This document shows, in pieces, positions 1-9,714 of a stretch of 64,000 bases of DNA. The notes beneath the pieces were generated by a model. It did no database searches, had not been told where the DNA came from, and saw only the letters and a program-made list of their open reading frames with translations. Within the stretch, counting starts at the first letter, position 1, and each line of letters opens with the position of its first letter. Both the position numbers and the translations under genes were made by a program. Source of the DNA: Thermoanaerobaculia bacterium (lineage in GTDB: Bacteria; Acidobacteriota; Thermoanaerobaculia; Multivoradales; Multivoraceae). The stretch is taken from positions 3,328,001-3,392,000 of the forward strand of contig OY762911.1 in assembly GCA_963666565.1 (NCBI GenBank), written 5' to 3'.

Positions 1-1150
1 TCAGCGTCCGGTCGCCGAAGCCCGCGTACTGGCTGCGATACAGGAGCATCGTGTTGCTGAAGAAGGACTGATAGTTCCGCTGGAACCTCCGCACCCGCTC
101 GGCCGGAAATCCGCGCGCGACAAGGTCGACCGCATAGGTGTTCGCCATAGCGATGAAGTCGCCGCCGGGCGAGTAGAACGGATCGGCGAACAGGCTGGCA
201 TCGCCGGTCGCCGCCCAACCTTCCTCCGAGAAGACCTGAGAATTGCCGACCGCATAGCCCTTCAGGACGGCGTGGTCGAGAGGGTCTCTTCCGGCAAGCT
301 CCGCAGCCACCAGCGGGTGTTCCCGCCGCAGCCAGAGCAACAGGCCGGCTCGCCCGCGAACCTCCTCCAAAGGCACTCGTTCGGGATCGAACACGAGGCC
401 CACGCTGGTCGCCCCGGAGGCAAGCGGAATCAGCCAGAGCCAGTATCCCGGACCGGTGAAGTGGATCGTGCTGGCACGGCGCGGAAGTTCCCCCGAGCAC
501 CGCGACAGCCAGTCTCCGTCGCCACTCAGCGATTCGACGTCCACTACTCCACGAAGCCGGAACCAGACAGCATGGTGCCGATGTCGAGCTGAACGGACGG
601 TCCTCCGTGAACGGCGCAGAAACGCCCTACGACCGCTGGCGTCGATCAGGTACCGGCAGCGGTGCGTCGTCTCCCTTCCCTCGCCCGGGTTCCGCAGGAC
701 GACCCGGTGCATCCCCCTTTCGACATCCACGGACCGCACCGTAGTCCCATCGTGAAGCGTACCGACCTCACGCCAGGTCCGGGCCAGTTGGTTCTCAAAG
801 CGGCCCCGATCCAGTTGGTAGGTGGGTATGGGAAGCGGTGCGCTGGGTCCGATCTCGTCGTAGGCGGCCAGATCGCGGTCTATGGGCGCGTCGCCCCGGC
901 AGAACAGGCGCAAGCCGAACTTCCGCAACTGCTCACGATCGAGCTCCTCCTTCAGACCGAGGTCCCTTGCAAGGTAGTGGGACGCAATCTCGACCGTGGA
1001 CTCGCCGACCTTGTGCGCTGCCTCCGGCACCGGAAAGCGCCTCCGTTCGACCACTGCGATGTCGAGATCGGGGAATCGCTGGCGAAGATGCCGGGCGAGG
1101 GTCAGTCCCGCGAAGCCACCGCCCACGATACACACGTCCTGGCGCCGCAC
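1..1150 (-). CDS. Flavin-dependent halogenase / FAD-dependent oxidoreductase, xanthomonadin-halogenase-like (3' end off window)
   Basis: Not in the ORF track because it has no stop in the window. Translated by hand from GTG at 1150: VRRQDVCIVGGGFAGLTLA (GxGxxG), HKVGESTVE, LRKFGLR, GYWLWLIP (WxWxIP halogenase motif), GDASLFADPFYSPG. Adjacent to the KS/CLF genes. Confidence 0.85.
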   Translation of the reverse strand, partial: MRRQDVCIVGGGFAGLTLARHLRQRFPDLDIAVVERRRFPVPEAAHKVGESTVEIASHYLARDLGLKEELDREQLRKFGLRLFCRGDAPIDRDLAAYDEIGPSAPLPIPTYQLDRGRFENQLARTWREVGTLHDGTTVRSVDVERGMHRVVLRNPGEGRETTHRCRYLIDASGRRAFLRRSRRTVRSARHRHHAVWFRLRGVVDVESLSGDGDWLSRCSGELPRRASTIHFTGPGYWLWLIPLASGATSVGLVFDPERVPLEEVRGRAGLLLWLRREHPLVAAELAGRDPLDHAVLKGYAVGNSQVFSEEGWAATGDASLFADPFYSPGGDFIAMANTYAVDLVARGFPAERVRRFQRNYQSFFSNTMLLYRSQYAGFGDRTL

Positions 1151-1154
1151 GGAA

Positions 1155-2003
1155 TCAGTCCTCCCAACCACGACCGCCCTCGAGATGCAGTTCGACGCAG
1201 CAGCTCGGGCCGGCAGGAAAACGGAGCCAGCCCTGCCGCGACGGATCCGTTTCCGAAGCCGCAAGGCGATCCGCGAGCGTCAGCGCGCATCCTATCGGAT
1301 TCGCCTGTCCGAGCCACTCCAGGCCGGCGGGAAAAGGGGTCGTCTGGAGCGGCCCCGTCCTGAACCTGAGCTCCGCCCTCAGGCAGCGGCGGTCCCGGGC
1401 CACGCCGTCTTCCCGTTCAAGAACGAAAGCGGCTCCGAGCGTCTGCCGAACGTCCGCGACCGCCGTAAGCGGCGGTTTCGTCGCGATGTCGCAGGCAACG
1501 TAGAGCACGGGACCGTGAGCGGCGACCGCCTGGCTGGCCGCTTCCAGCAATCCGGCCCCGAAGCTCTCCAGGAAAGCGCCGACGAACGTGCTCGGCGAGC
1601 GATTGCGGGCGCTGATCGTCCAGTAACCCGATGCAGCATTGTGAACCGAGTTGTGGAACTTGGTCGGCGACAGTACCTTCGCAGGCTGCGCAAGCCGGCG
1701 ACACATGTACTCCGTGACTGCCGTGTCGCCGAGTGCGGACGAAAAGACCGAAGGCACGGCGTCCTTCGGGACGCCGGCAACCTCACATGCCTGGTGCGCG
1801 ACCTCGACGCCCAGGCCGATCATCAACCCCGCTCTGCGCCGCTCCCGTGCCGGCAGCCACGCGGGTTTGGGCGGCTTGAACTCGCTGGCGGCCAAGTCGA
1901 CGAAACCGGACTTTCTCGCCGCCTTGAACTCGGCGAAGCTGGTGAGGCCCCGCGTCCAGAGGCCGACGCCCGTAATCGCCACTCCAAGCGCCGGCCGAAT
2001 CAC
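1155..2003 (-). CDS. Beta-ketoacyl synthase chain-length-factor-like protein (aryl polyene type)
   Basis: KS N-terminal-like sequence with ERRRA and SPTKFHNSVHNAASGYW motifs; no obvious catalytic Cys; overlaps the KS stop. Confidence 0.85.
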   Translation of the reverse strand: MIRPALGVAITGVGLWTRGLTSFAEFKAARKSGFVDLAASEFKPPKPAWLPARERRRAGLMIGLGVEVAHQACEVAGVPKDAVPSVFSSALGDTAVTEYMCRRLAQPAKVLSPTKFHNSVHNAASGYWTISARNRSPSTFVGAFLESFGAGLLEAASQAVAAHGPVLYVACDIATKPPLTAVADVRQTLGAAFVLEREDGVARDRRCLRAELRFRTGPLQTTPFPAGLEWLGQANPIGCALTLADRLAASETDPSRQGWLRFPAGPSCCVELHLEGGRGWED

Positions 2004-3157
2004 CGGCCGAAAACCACCGAACAGTTGACGCCCCCGAACCCGAAGGAGTTTGTGAGAGCGACGTCGATGGGGCGCATCGCGCTCTCGAGCAGCAACTCGA
2101 ACGGCGCATCGGGAGTCGTCGTGTTCCTGGTGCCCGGCACGAAGCCGGTGGCCAGGGCCTCAAGGCACAGCACGGCTTCCACTATGCCGCTTGCACCGAG
2201 CGCATGCCCCGTCCAGCCCTTCGTGGCGCTGGCCAGAACGTCGCCTTCCATCATCGCCGCGCATACCTTTCCTTCGACCTCGTCGTTGCCCTGGGTACCG
2301 GTGCCGTGGAGATTCACGTAGTCGACTTCGTTCATCGAGATTCCGGCGTCGGCCAGCGCCCGTTCCATCGCGAGCCGGGCGCCCAGGCCTTCCGGGTGGC
2401 TGCTGGACATGTGGTGCGCGTCGCAGCTCTCACCCACCCCCAGCAGCCGAAGATCTCCCGGCGCAGGTTCTCGGGACAGCAGGACGAACCCCACAGCTTC
2501 GCCGAGACTGATGCCCGCTCGATCTTCCGAGAAGGGTCGGCAAGGTTCGGGCGAAACGAGCTGCAGCGCACTAAACCCGTGGATCACGCTAAGGCAAAGG
2601 CTGTCCGCACCTCCGACCACCACGGCGTCGACGAGATCCTGCTCCAGCCAGCGTTTGGCCGTCGCGAACACCTTGGCGCTGGAGGCGCAAGCCGCGCTGA
2701 CCGTGATTCTCGGACCCTCGACCCCCAGCCGCTCGGCTGCGAAGGCGGTCGGTGCGTGGGGATTGTGCACCTCGGGCTGGCGGTACCGTCTGGCGAATCT
2801 GCCGTCCTCTTCGAGTTCCCGATACGCCTCCTCGGTCCGGTCGATAGCTGAGGTGCTCGTGCCCATGACGAGACCCAGCCGATCCTTCTCCACTCGCTCG
2901 CCCACCTCGGCGACGGCATCGACGAAACCATCGTGCCGCAGTCCGAACTCGATGAGGCGAGTGTTCCGGCTCCATCGATCCGGCGCCACTTCGACCGACT
3001 CGGGCAGATCGACCCGGCCGAGAAAGCACGGGACGTCGCTACCCCGCCACTCCCGGTCGTCCAGGCCTGTCCGGTTCGCTCGCAGGGAAGCCCGCAAGCC
3101 GCCGTTACCCGCTCCCAACGCCGAAGTGAGGGTGTATGCCTTCAGGTACACGCTCAA
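2000..3157 (-). CDS. Beta-ketoacyl-ACP synthase (aryl polyene KS)
   Basis: Catalytic Cys in VSAACASSAK, His in NLHGTGT and GHALGASG, C-terminal SFGFGG. Start set at TTG 3157 (GGAG upstream); the ORF is open to 3241. Confidence 0.9.
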   Translation of the reverse strand: MSVYLKAYTLTSALGAGNGGLRASLRANRTGLDDREWRGSDVPCFLGRVDLPESVEVAPDRWSRNTRLIEFGLRHDGFVDAVAEVGERVEKDRLGLVMGTSTSAIDRTEEAYRELEEDGRFARRYRQPEVHNPHAPTAFAAERLGVEGPRITVSAACASSAKVFATAKRWLEQDLVDAVVVGGADSLCLSVIHGFSALQLVSPEPCRPFSEDRAGISLGEAVGFVLLSREPAPGDLRLLGVGESCDAHHMSSSHPEGLGARLAMERALADAGISMNEVDYVNLHGTGTQGNDEVEGKVCAAMMEGDVLASATKGWTGHALGASGIVEAVLCLEALATGFVPGTRNTTTPDAPFELLLESAMRPIDVALTNSFGFGGVNCSVVFGR

Positions 3158-3510
3158 GGGGCAATCTCCACCGCGACTCCGCAGGATTGGGAGCCTACCC
3201 CTCCAGCCGGCCACGGCCCAAACGACCGCTCTTCTGGACATGGCCTCATGATCGGCGGTAGTCTACGCTAGTTCCGGGCCACCGGCGTAGCTCCGGGGAA
3301 CACGTCGCACTCGGGCACTCCAATGCGCTCAATCTCGATTCTCCCCCTGCACTCGCCCTTCCTGAGGCTCGCCGACCGTATCCGCACCATGGGCGGCGCT
3401 CCCCCGCTTCCGGACTGTGCAGTCTCGCCACGGGCAAGACGTTCTCGGACGTGATCGAGCGCGTCGGCGAGACTGTTCGGAGGACCTCCGCCCTGGCGAG
3501 GTCCTGAAAC

Positions 3511-4122
3511 TTGGCGGCGCTCCCCCGCACAACGCCCGTGAGTGTCTTCACGGCGCTGGCGCTTCTTGCCTATCCTCTTCTGGTTTACCTGCTGCTCGAT
3601 CGCGTACCGCCGGCCTTGATGATTCTCGGCCTGGGCGCCTTGGGCGCTGCCAGACTTGCGACCGGGAGATCGGTTCACCGGAAGCACCGGCCGCTGCTGC
3701 TGGTTCTGCTGGGCCTGCTATGCGGGATCGCCTGTCTGGACGCTCGATGGGAGTGGGTCAAACTGTACCCCGTTCTGGTCAATCTTGCGGGTGCCAGTTG
3801 GTTCGCATGGACCTTGATCCGTCCACCTTCGGCGGCGGAGCGGCTCGCGCGGCTCGCGAATCCCGGGGAGAAGTTCGACTGGCGCAAGTCCTTGTACACG
3901 AAGCGGGTCACACGGATCTGGGTGGTCTTCTTCTTGTTCAACAGTTGCGCCGCAACGTACACTGCCCTTGCGACACCGACCGGCGTCTGGACGATCTACA
4001 ACGGATTCATCAGCTACCTCCTTGTCGGTTTACTGCTCGGCGTCGAGTACCTGTTCCGCATCCGGTACCGGAGACGCCATTTCGCGGGCACGGAAACATG
4101 TCGAAACGCTACCATCTCCTGA
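3511..4122 (+). CDS. Membrane protein (COG4648-like), typical of aryl polyene clusters
   Basis: Multiple TM helices, KLYPVLVN, YTKRVTRIW and WTIYNGFISY motifs; overlaps the GT2 gene. Start uncertain (3511 or GTG 3538). Confidence 0.8.
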   Translation: MAALPRTTPVSVFTALALLAYPLLVYLLLDRVPPALMILGLGALGAARLATGRSVHRKHRPLLLVLLGLLCGIACLDARWEWVKLYPVLVNLAGASWFAWTLIRPPSAAERLARLANPGEKFDWRKSLYTKRVTRIWVVFFLFNSCAATYTALATPTGVWTIYNGFISYLLVGLLLGVEYLFRIRYRRRHFAGTETCRNATIS

Positions 4123-4850
4123 TTCCGCACTACCGGCACGTGGACCGGCTGACCCGGTTCCTGCCCCGTCTTGCATCAGCCGGTCTGCCAGTCCTGGTCG
4201 TCGACGACGGCAGCGACCGCCGAACGCTGAAGCGGTTGCGCGATCTGGTCGCCGGCTATTCCTGGGCCTCGTTGCTGGAGCGCGACCGCAACGGCGGCAA
4301 GGGCGCCGCCGTCATCGCCGGCATGGAGTATCTGTACGACCGCGGCGCAACGCACGCCATATCGGTGGACGCCGACGGCCAACACGATCCCGGGGACGTT
4401 GCCCGCTTCCGGCGGGCTTCGGAGCGGAGCCCCCGCCGCCTACTCTCCGGCAGGCCGGTGTTCGCCGACAGCATACCGGCGAGCCGTCTCCACGGTCGTA
4501 AGGTGACGAATTGGCTGGCCCGTTCTCTGGCTGGAGGAAACCGGGTGGAGGATGCGATGTGCGGCTTCAGGCTCTACCCCCTCGCTACCGTGTTGCCTCT
4601 CGTTCCGGCTCTGGGAAACCGCGTCCGCATGGAGTTCGACGTCGAGATTCTGGTGCGAGCCTGCTGGGCGGGAATCGAGTTGGAATTCATCCCGACGCGG
4701 GTGGATTATCCGAAAGAGGGCCTCTCGCACTTTCGTCTCATCGCCGACAATCTGAGATTCGCCCGCATGCACAGCGTACTGACCTTCGAGGCGCTTGGCC
4801 GTTCTCTGAGACCGCCACGCGGTTGCGGGACCGGAAGTCCCCAGGCATGA
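4098..4850 (+). CDS. Glycosyltransferase family 2
   Basis: LLIPHY, VVDDGSD, NGGKGAA, DADGQH and DAMCGFRLYP motifs; ATG at 4098. Confidence 0.9.
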   Translation: MSKRYHLLIPHYRHVDRLTRFLPRLASAGLPVLVVDDGSDRRTLKRLRDLVAGYSWASLLERDRNGGKGAAVIAGMEYLYDRGATHAISVDADGQHDPGDVARFRRASERSPRRLLSGRPVFADSIPASRLHGRKVTNWLARSLAGGNRVEDAMCGFRLYPLATVLPLVPALGNRVRMEFDVEILVRACWAGIELEFIPTRVDYPKEGLSHFRLIADNLRFARMHSVLTFEALGRSLRPPRGCGTGSPQA

Positions 4851-5326
4851 GCGCCAGCCACGGCCAGGGCCGTCGCGCGCTGTGGACGAAGCGCTGGCCC
4901 GACCACCCGTCCTTGCGGGCGTGCGCCACCCTTGTCGTGCCCTTCCAGGACGCAGATCCGACGGGCGTGGTCTGGCACGGCAACTACTTTCGATACTACG
5001 AAACCGCGCGCACCGCCCTCCTCGAGCGACTCGGGTTCAGCTATCGGCAGCTCGGCGCCAGAGGGCAACTCTGGCCGATCGTGGATAGCCGGGTCCGTTT
5101 TCGCGGGAGTCTGTCCTACGGCGAGAAGATCGCGGCGTTCGCTCAGATCGTCGAGTGGGAGTTCCGCCTGCGGATCTACTACGAGCTTCGTCGCGACGAC
5201 GGAGAACTCGTGAACGAAGCCTACACCGTGCAAGTACCGGTGGCGGAGCGCTCGGAGAACCTGCTCGTCGGTACGCCCCGCTTCCTCCGAGATCGCATCG
5301 CCGAGCTGATCGAGCAGGATGCCTGA
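4847..5326 (+). CDS. Acyl-CoA thioesterase (4HBT/YbgC hot-dog fold)
   Basis: PFQDADPTGVVWHGNYFRYYE motif; ATGA overlap with GT2. Confidence 0.9.
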   Translation: MSASHGQGRRALWTKRWPDHPSLRACATLVVPFQDADPTGVVWHGNYFRYYETARTALLERLGFSYRQLGARGQLWPIVDSRVRFRGSLSYGEKIAAFAQIVEWEFRLRIYYELRRDDGELVNEAYTVQVPVAERSENLLVGTPRFLRDRIAELIEQDA

Positions 5327-5393
5327 ACGGCGTTCGGACAGGCAAACGGGGCCGGGACCGCCGAAACGCCAACCCACCGCGACCCGGCCGCCG

Positions 5394-7334
5394 TTACCGC
5401 CGCTTGAACCGCCGCTCCAGGTCCCGGTCCGTCAGTTCCAGCACCACCGGCCGGCCGTGCGGGCAGGTATAGGGGTGCTCGCAGCCGAAGAGCTCGGCGA
5501 TCAGGCTCTCCATCTTCTCCGCCGACAGCGCCTGGTGCATCTTGACCGCGGCACGGCAGGCGCGGCTGGCGGCCAACTGGGTCAGCAGGTAGTCGGCGAG
5601 CGCCTCGCTCTCGCTGGGCAGTTCGTCGCCGGCGGCGACCCGGGTGGCGATGCGAAGCACCAGGCTCTCCGCTTCGGCATCGGGCAGCACGGCCGGAATC
5701 GCGGTGATCGCGGCGCTGCCGCCCGACAGGCTGCTCACCGAGTAGCCGCAACGGGCAAGGCCTGAGGAGCACTCGGCGAGCGCGGCGTTCTCGGCCGCCG
5801 AGAGTTCGAGCATGCGGGGCACCAGGAGCGTCTGGCTGGCGGCGTCGTTCTCGCTCAGGCTGCGGCGGAAGCGCTCGTACAGGATCCGTTCGTGGGCCAC
5901 GTGCTGGTCGACGACGAGCATGGACTCCGGTCCTTCGAGCAGGATCATCGTTCCCTTGTACTGGCCGATCAGCCGCAGCGATTCGCGTCCCTTGCCGGAC
6001 AGGGGCACCGGCGCGGCGGGCCCGGGCGCGTAGGACACCTCGGCCAGCTTGCCGATCTGCCCGGACTGTCCGGCCTGCGCGGCGGCAGCGCCGCCGTAGC
6101 GTGCGGCCAGTTCGGCGGCCCAGACTGGCGCCGCCGGCGCCGGATCGTCCTGTGCCGGGCCGCCGCCTCTTCCCGGACCGGTCTCCCGCCACGGCGCCGG
6201 ACCGGGGGCTTCCCGGACCTCGCCCGCGCCGGTCCAGGCCGGCGGTACGATCGGCCCTTGCATCTCCCGCAGCGGCGCGGGCTCCTCGCCCTTCGCGGCC
6301 TCCAGCCCCCTGCGCAGCGCGCTGCCGATGCGGCCCATGAGCGCCGCGTCGCGGAACCGGACCTCCGCCTTCTGCGGATGGACGTTCACGTCTACCGACT
6401 CCGGCGGCACGTCCAGGAACAGGAACAGCGCCGGCGCCGGGTCGCCCTTCATCAGGTCGCGCACAGCCTTGTAGTAGATGCCGAGCACCGCGCGGTCGCG
6501 CACCAGCCGGCCGTTGACGAAGACGAACTGTCGCCGGCCCCTTCCCGTCTCGCGGTCGCCGACGAAGCCGGAGATCCCCTGCTCCCTCCTGGCCTCGGGC
6601 AACGGAACGAGACGCTCGACGAGACCTTCGCCGAAGAGCTGGCCGATCCGGTCGAGCCGGCCCGCCGCGTCGAGTCCGGTGGCCTGGGCGCGCAGCAGCT
6701 CGCGGCGCGCCGCCGCCGCTTCGGGCGCGTGCCGCAGGACGAAGGTGACGTCCGGGCGCGCCAGGGCGTACCCCTGCACCACGGTCGTCGCGTGGCGGAG
6801 TTCGGTCGCTGGCCGCTTGAGGAACTGCTTGCGGGCCGGCACGTTGTAGAACAGGGACTCCACGTTGACCGTGGTGCCGCGCGGGCGGCTCACCGGCTCG
6901 TCGACCGTAACGCGGCCGCCCTCCACCAGCAGCCGGCGGCCCTCGCCGGCGGTACGGGCGGTCAGGAGCTCGCACTTCGAAACCGCGGCGATGGAAGACA
7001 GCGCCTCGCCGCGAAAGCCAAGGGTCGCGACCTCGAGCAGGTCGTCGAAGGACGCGATCTTGCTGGTCGCGTGCCGCTCCACCGCGAGGGCAGCCTCCTC
7101 GGCCCCGATGCCCCCGCCGTCGTCGATGACCGAGATCAGGTCCTTGCCGCCGTTCTCCAGGTCGATCTCGATGCGGGTCGCGCCGGCGTCGAGCGCGTTC
7201 TCCACGAGCTCCTTGACCACCGAGGACGGACGCTCCACGACCTCGCCGGCCGCGATCTGGGAGATCAGCGCCTCGGGAAGCCGCCGCAACGGGCGGCCCG
7301 ACGGCCCGGCGCCGGCGCCGGCGCCGGCCGTCAT
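5394..7334 (-). CDS. mutL: DNA mismatch repair endonuclease MutL
   Basis: QIAAGEVVERP, KELVENALDAGA, TLGFRGEAL, DQHVAHER and CPHGRP motifs; ATG 7334 overlaps the recO stop. Confidence 0.97.
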   Translation of the reverse strand: MTAGAGAGAGPSGRPLRRLPEALISQIAAGEVVERPSSVVKELVENALDAGATRIEIDLENGGKDLISVIDDGGGIGAEEAALAVERHATSKIASFDDLLEVATLGFRGEALSSIAAVSKCELLTARTAGEGRRLLVEGGRVTVDEPVSRPRGTTVNVESLFYNVPARKQFLKRPATELRHATTVVQGYALARPDVTFVLRHAPEAAAARRELLRAQATGLDAAGRLDRIGQLFGEGLVERLVPLPEARREQGISGFVGDRETGRGRRQFVFVNGRLVRDRAVLGIYYKAVRDLMKGDPAPALFLFLDVPPESVDVNVHPQKAEVRFRDAALMGRIGSALRRGLEAAKGEEPAPLREMQGPIVPPAWTGAGEVREAPGPAPWRETGPGRGGGPAQDDPAPAAPVWAAELAARYGGAAAAQAGQSGQIGKLAEVSYAPGPAAPVPLSGKGRESLRLIGQYKGTMILLEGPESMLVVDQHVAHERILYERFRRSLSENDAASQTLLVPRMLELSAAENAALAECSSGLARCGYSVSSLSGGSAAITAIPAVLPDAEAESLVLRIATRVAAGDELPSESEALADYLLTQLAASRACRAAVKMHQALSAEKMESLIAELFGCEHPYTCPHGRPVVLELTDRDLERRFKRR

Positions 7335-8095
7335 GGCGCCATGTCCCGCAGCGTCCGCTGCATCACGCCGTAGCTGCGGAGTTCCTTGCCCAGGAAGGCC
7401 CGCCGGACCTCGCGCGCCAGCGACTCGACGGACCTGAGCGTCGCCTCGTCCACGTGCCCGTTCGCCTGCATGGCGGCGAGATCCGAGCCGCCGATGCGGC
7501 GCAGGAAGGCCAGCGCGCCGGCGCCCACCCGCCGGTTGGCGCCAGCGCCAGCGCCGCACGCGGGGCACAGCAGGCCAGCCGCGTCGACCGCCAGCATCGC
7601 CTCGTCGCCAAGCGCTTCGCCGCAGGACGGACAGTGCCGGGGCGCCGGGAACACGCCGGAGAGGCGCAGGGTCCAGCACTCCAGGTAGCGCGCGGCCAGC
7701 GAGCGTTCGCAGCCGGCGAGAAGCGCCTGCACGGTCGAGTCCAGCAGCCGGTACAGGTGGTTGTCCGGCTCGTTCTCCTGCGCGAACACCTGCATGTGCT
7801 CGGCGAGGTACGAAGAGACGAGGATCCCTTCCAGGTCGGCATGCAGCGTTCCGGGGCTCCGGATCATCTCCGCGTCGCCAAGCCGGACCAGGTCGCGGTC
7901 GGGCTTCTCGAACCACGACAGATGCACCTTGGCGAGCTGCTGCAGCTCGCCGCCGAAACGGCTGAAGCGGGCCTTGGCGCTGCGCGCGGCGCCTCGCTTC
8001 AGCCCCCAGTCGCGGCTGAGAAAGACGACGATCCGGTCCTTCTCGTGAAGGTCGATCGTCTGAAGCAGCAGTGCCTCGCCGCTTCGCCGCTTCAT
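7331..8095 (-). CDS. recO: DNA repair protein RecO
   Basis: N-terminal OB fold (EKDRIVVFLSRDWG), C-terminal Zn finger CPSC...CPAC. Confidence 0.92.
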   Translation of the reverse strand: MKRRSGEALLLQTIDLHEKDRIVVFLSRDWGLKRGAARSAKARFSRFGGELQQLAKVHLSWFEKPDRDLVRLGDAEMIRSPGTLHADLEGILVSSYLAEHMQVFAQENEPDNHLYRLLDSTVQALLAGCERSLAARYLECWTLRLSGVFPAPRHCPSCGEALGDEAMLAVDAAGLLCPACGAGAGANRRVGAGALAFLRRIGGSDLAAMQANGHVDEATLRSVESLAREVRRAFLGKELRSYGVMQRTLRDMAP

Positions 8096-8110
8096 CGCCT
8101 CATCGCCCGT

Positions 8111-9481
8111 TCAGCGGACCAGCCAGTCGATCATCAGGGTGGCGAGGCCGAAGTACACCAGGATTCCCGTGATGTCGCTGGAGGTCGTGACCATCGGGCC
8201 GCTGGCCACCGCCGGGTCGATCCCCATCCGCTCGAAGGCCATCGGCAGCAGCGAGCCGATCAGCGACGCCAGCATGATGGCGAGGAACAGCGAACTCGCC
8301 ACGACCGCGCTGTAGGCCGGGTTCTGTTCGAGGAAAGCCGCCACTCCCGCGGCGACCGCCGAGCAGACCAGGCCGACGACCAGACCGACCCGCACCTGCT
8401 GCAGCAGGAAACGCCTCATCCGGCCGCCGCCCTCGCCGATCCGGCCGGTGGCCAGGCCGCGGACGGTGAGCGTCATCGTCTGGCTGCCGATGTTGCCTCC
8501 CATCCCCATGACCACGGGCGCGAAGGCGAGCAGGAAGGCCTCGTTCAGCCGGAGCTGGAACTGCTTCATCAGAACGCCGGTCAGGGTCAGGCCGATCAGA
8601 TTGACCAGCAGCCACGGCAGCCGGATGCCGGCCACCCGCCACGAGCGCTCGCGGTACAGCAGCTCGTCGTCCGAGGTGCCGACCATCTTGTAGAAGTCCT
8701 CTTCCGCCTCCTCCTGGACGATGTCGATCACGTCGTCGACGGTCACCAGGCCCAGCAGGCGGCGCCGGTCGTCGACCACCGGGATGGCGAGGAAGTCGTA
8801 ACGGGAGGCGAGCTGCGCCACCTCCTCCTGGTCCGTGTCGGTGTGGGCGGTGACCAGACCGCGGTTCATGATCTCGCCCAGCGGGCGGGTCGGCACGGCG
8901 AGCAGGAGTTCCCGCAGCGACAGGACGCCGACCAGGCGGCCCTCCGGGTCGACCACGTAGAGGTAGAAGATCATCTCCACCTCGCCGTGCTCGCGGATCT
9001 TGGCGATCGCGTCGCCGACCGGCGTGTCCTCCGCCAGGGAGAAGAACTCCGTGTTCATGATCCGCCCGGCCGTGTCCTCCTCGTAGGCGAACTGGGTCTG
9101 GAGTTCGTCGCGGTCCGGGCGGTCGAGCAGCGCCAGCACGGCCTCGCGCAGTTCCTCCTCCAGGCCGTCGACGATCTCGACGCTGTCGTCGACCGCGAGC
9201 GGCGCGAGCAGACCGGCGATCTCGGCCGGCGCGAGTTCCTCCAGCAGCGGCCGCCGCTCCCCCGGCTCCAGTTCCAGCAGCACCTCGCCGGCGGAATCGG
9301 GGAAGTCCTCCAGGGCCAGCCGGACGACGAACAACTGCTCGGTGGGCACCAGCTTCCGCAGCGCGGCGGCCACGTCTCCCGGCCGCACCTTGCTGAGGAC
9401 GCGGGACAGGTTGCGGCGGGCGCCCCGGCGGGCCAGCCGGCGCATCGTGTCGCCCAGAATCTCGACTCGCTGCGTGGACAT
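8111..9481 (-). CDS. mgtE: Magnesium transporter MgtE
   Basis: MgtE N-domain, tandem CBS domains (EDTAGRIM), RLPWL, GGNIGSQ and DPAVASGPMVTT...DITG motifs. Confidence 0.96.
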   Translation of the reverse strand: MSTQRVEILGDTMRRLARRGARRNLSRVLSKVRPGDVAAALRKLVPTEQLFVVRLALEDFPDSAGEVLLELEPGERRPLLEELAPAEIAGLLAPLAVDDSVEIVDGLEEELREAVLALLDRPDRDELQTQFAYEEDTAGRIMNTEFFSLAEDTPVGDAIAKIREHGEVEMIFYLYVVDPEGRLVGVLSLRELLLAVPTRPLGEIMNRGLVTAHTDTDQEEVAQLASRYDFLAIPVVDDRRRLLGLVTVDDVIDIVQEEAEEDFYKMVGTSDDELLYRERSWRVAGIRLPWLLVNLIGLTLTGVLMKQFQLRLNEAFLLAFAPVVMGMGGNIGSQTMTLTVRGLATGRIGEGGGRMRRFLLQQVRVGLVVGLVCSAVAAGVAAFLEQNPAYSAVVASSLFLAIMLASLIGSLLPMAFERMGIDPAVASGPMVTTSSDITGILVYFGLATLMIDWLVR

Positions 9482-9714
9482 GGCGGGTCGGATCGTAGCA
9501 GCCGAAGCCCGCCCGACGGCGACGCGAAAGCCGCCGCTCCGAAGTCCCTAAGCTACGGTTTCTCAGCCAGTTGGAGAGCTTCGGACAGAGTTCATCGACC
9601 CTGGACATCGCGCGAAGCGGGCGTTCGCGAGGAACGGCCTGCGCATTCCCGACGCCGCCGTTCGCGGGCCTCGCGTCTCGCCGGCCTCGGCGGCATCCCC
9701 GGCCACGAATCCCC

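Noticed and set aside
3160-3510. Small ORFs in the divergent KS / membrane-protein spacer (possible ACP)
   Set aside because: No acidic DSL-type ACP motif; most likely a promoter region.
5394-7916. Long N-terminal extensions in the ORF track for mutL, cofD, cofC, fbiC, nqrC, nqrD, nusA and infB (apparent fusions)
   Set aside because: The extensions run out of frame through upstream genes; internal starts with overlaps or RBS fit better.
9482-9714. M-box riboswitch upstream of mgtE
   Set aside because: No recognisable M-box consensus by eye; only generic hairpins.
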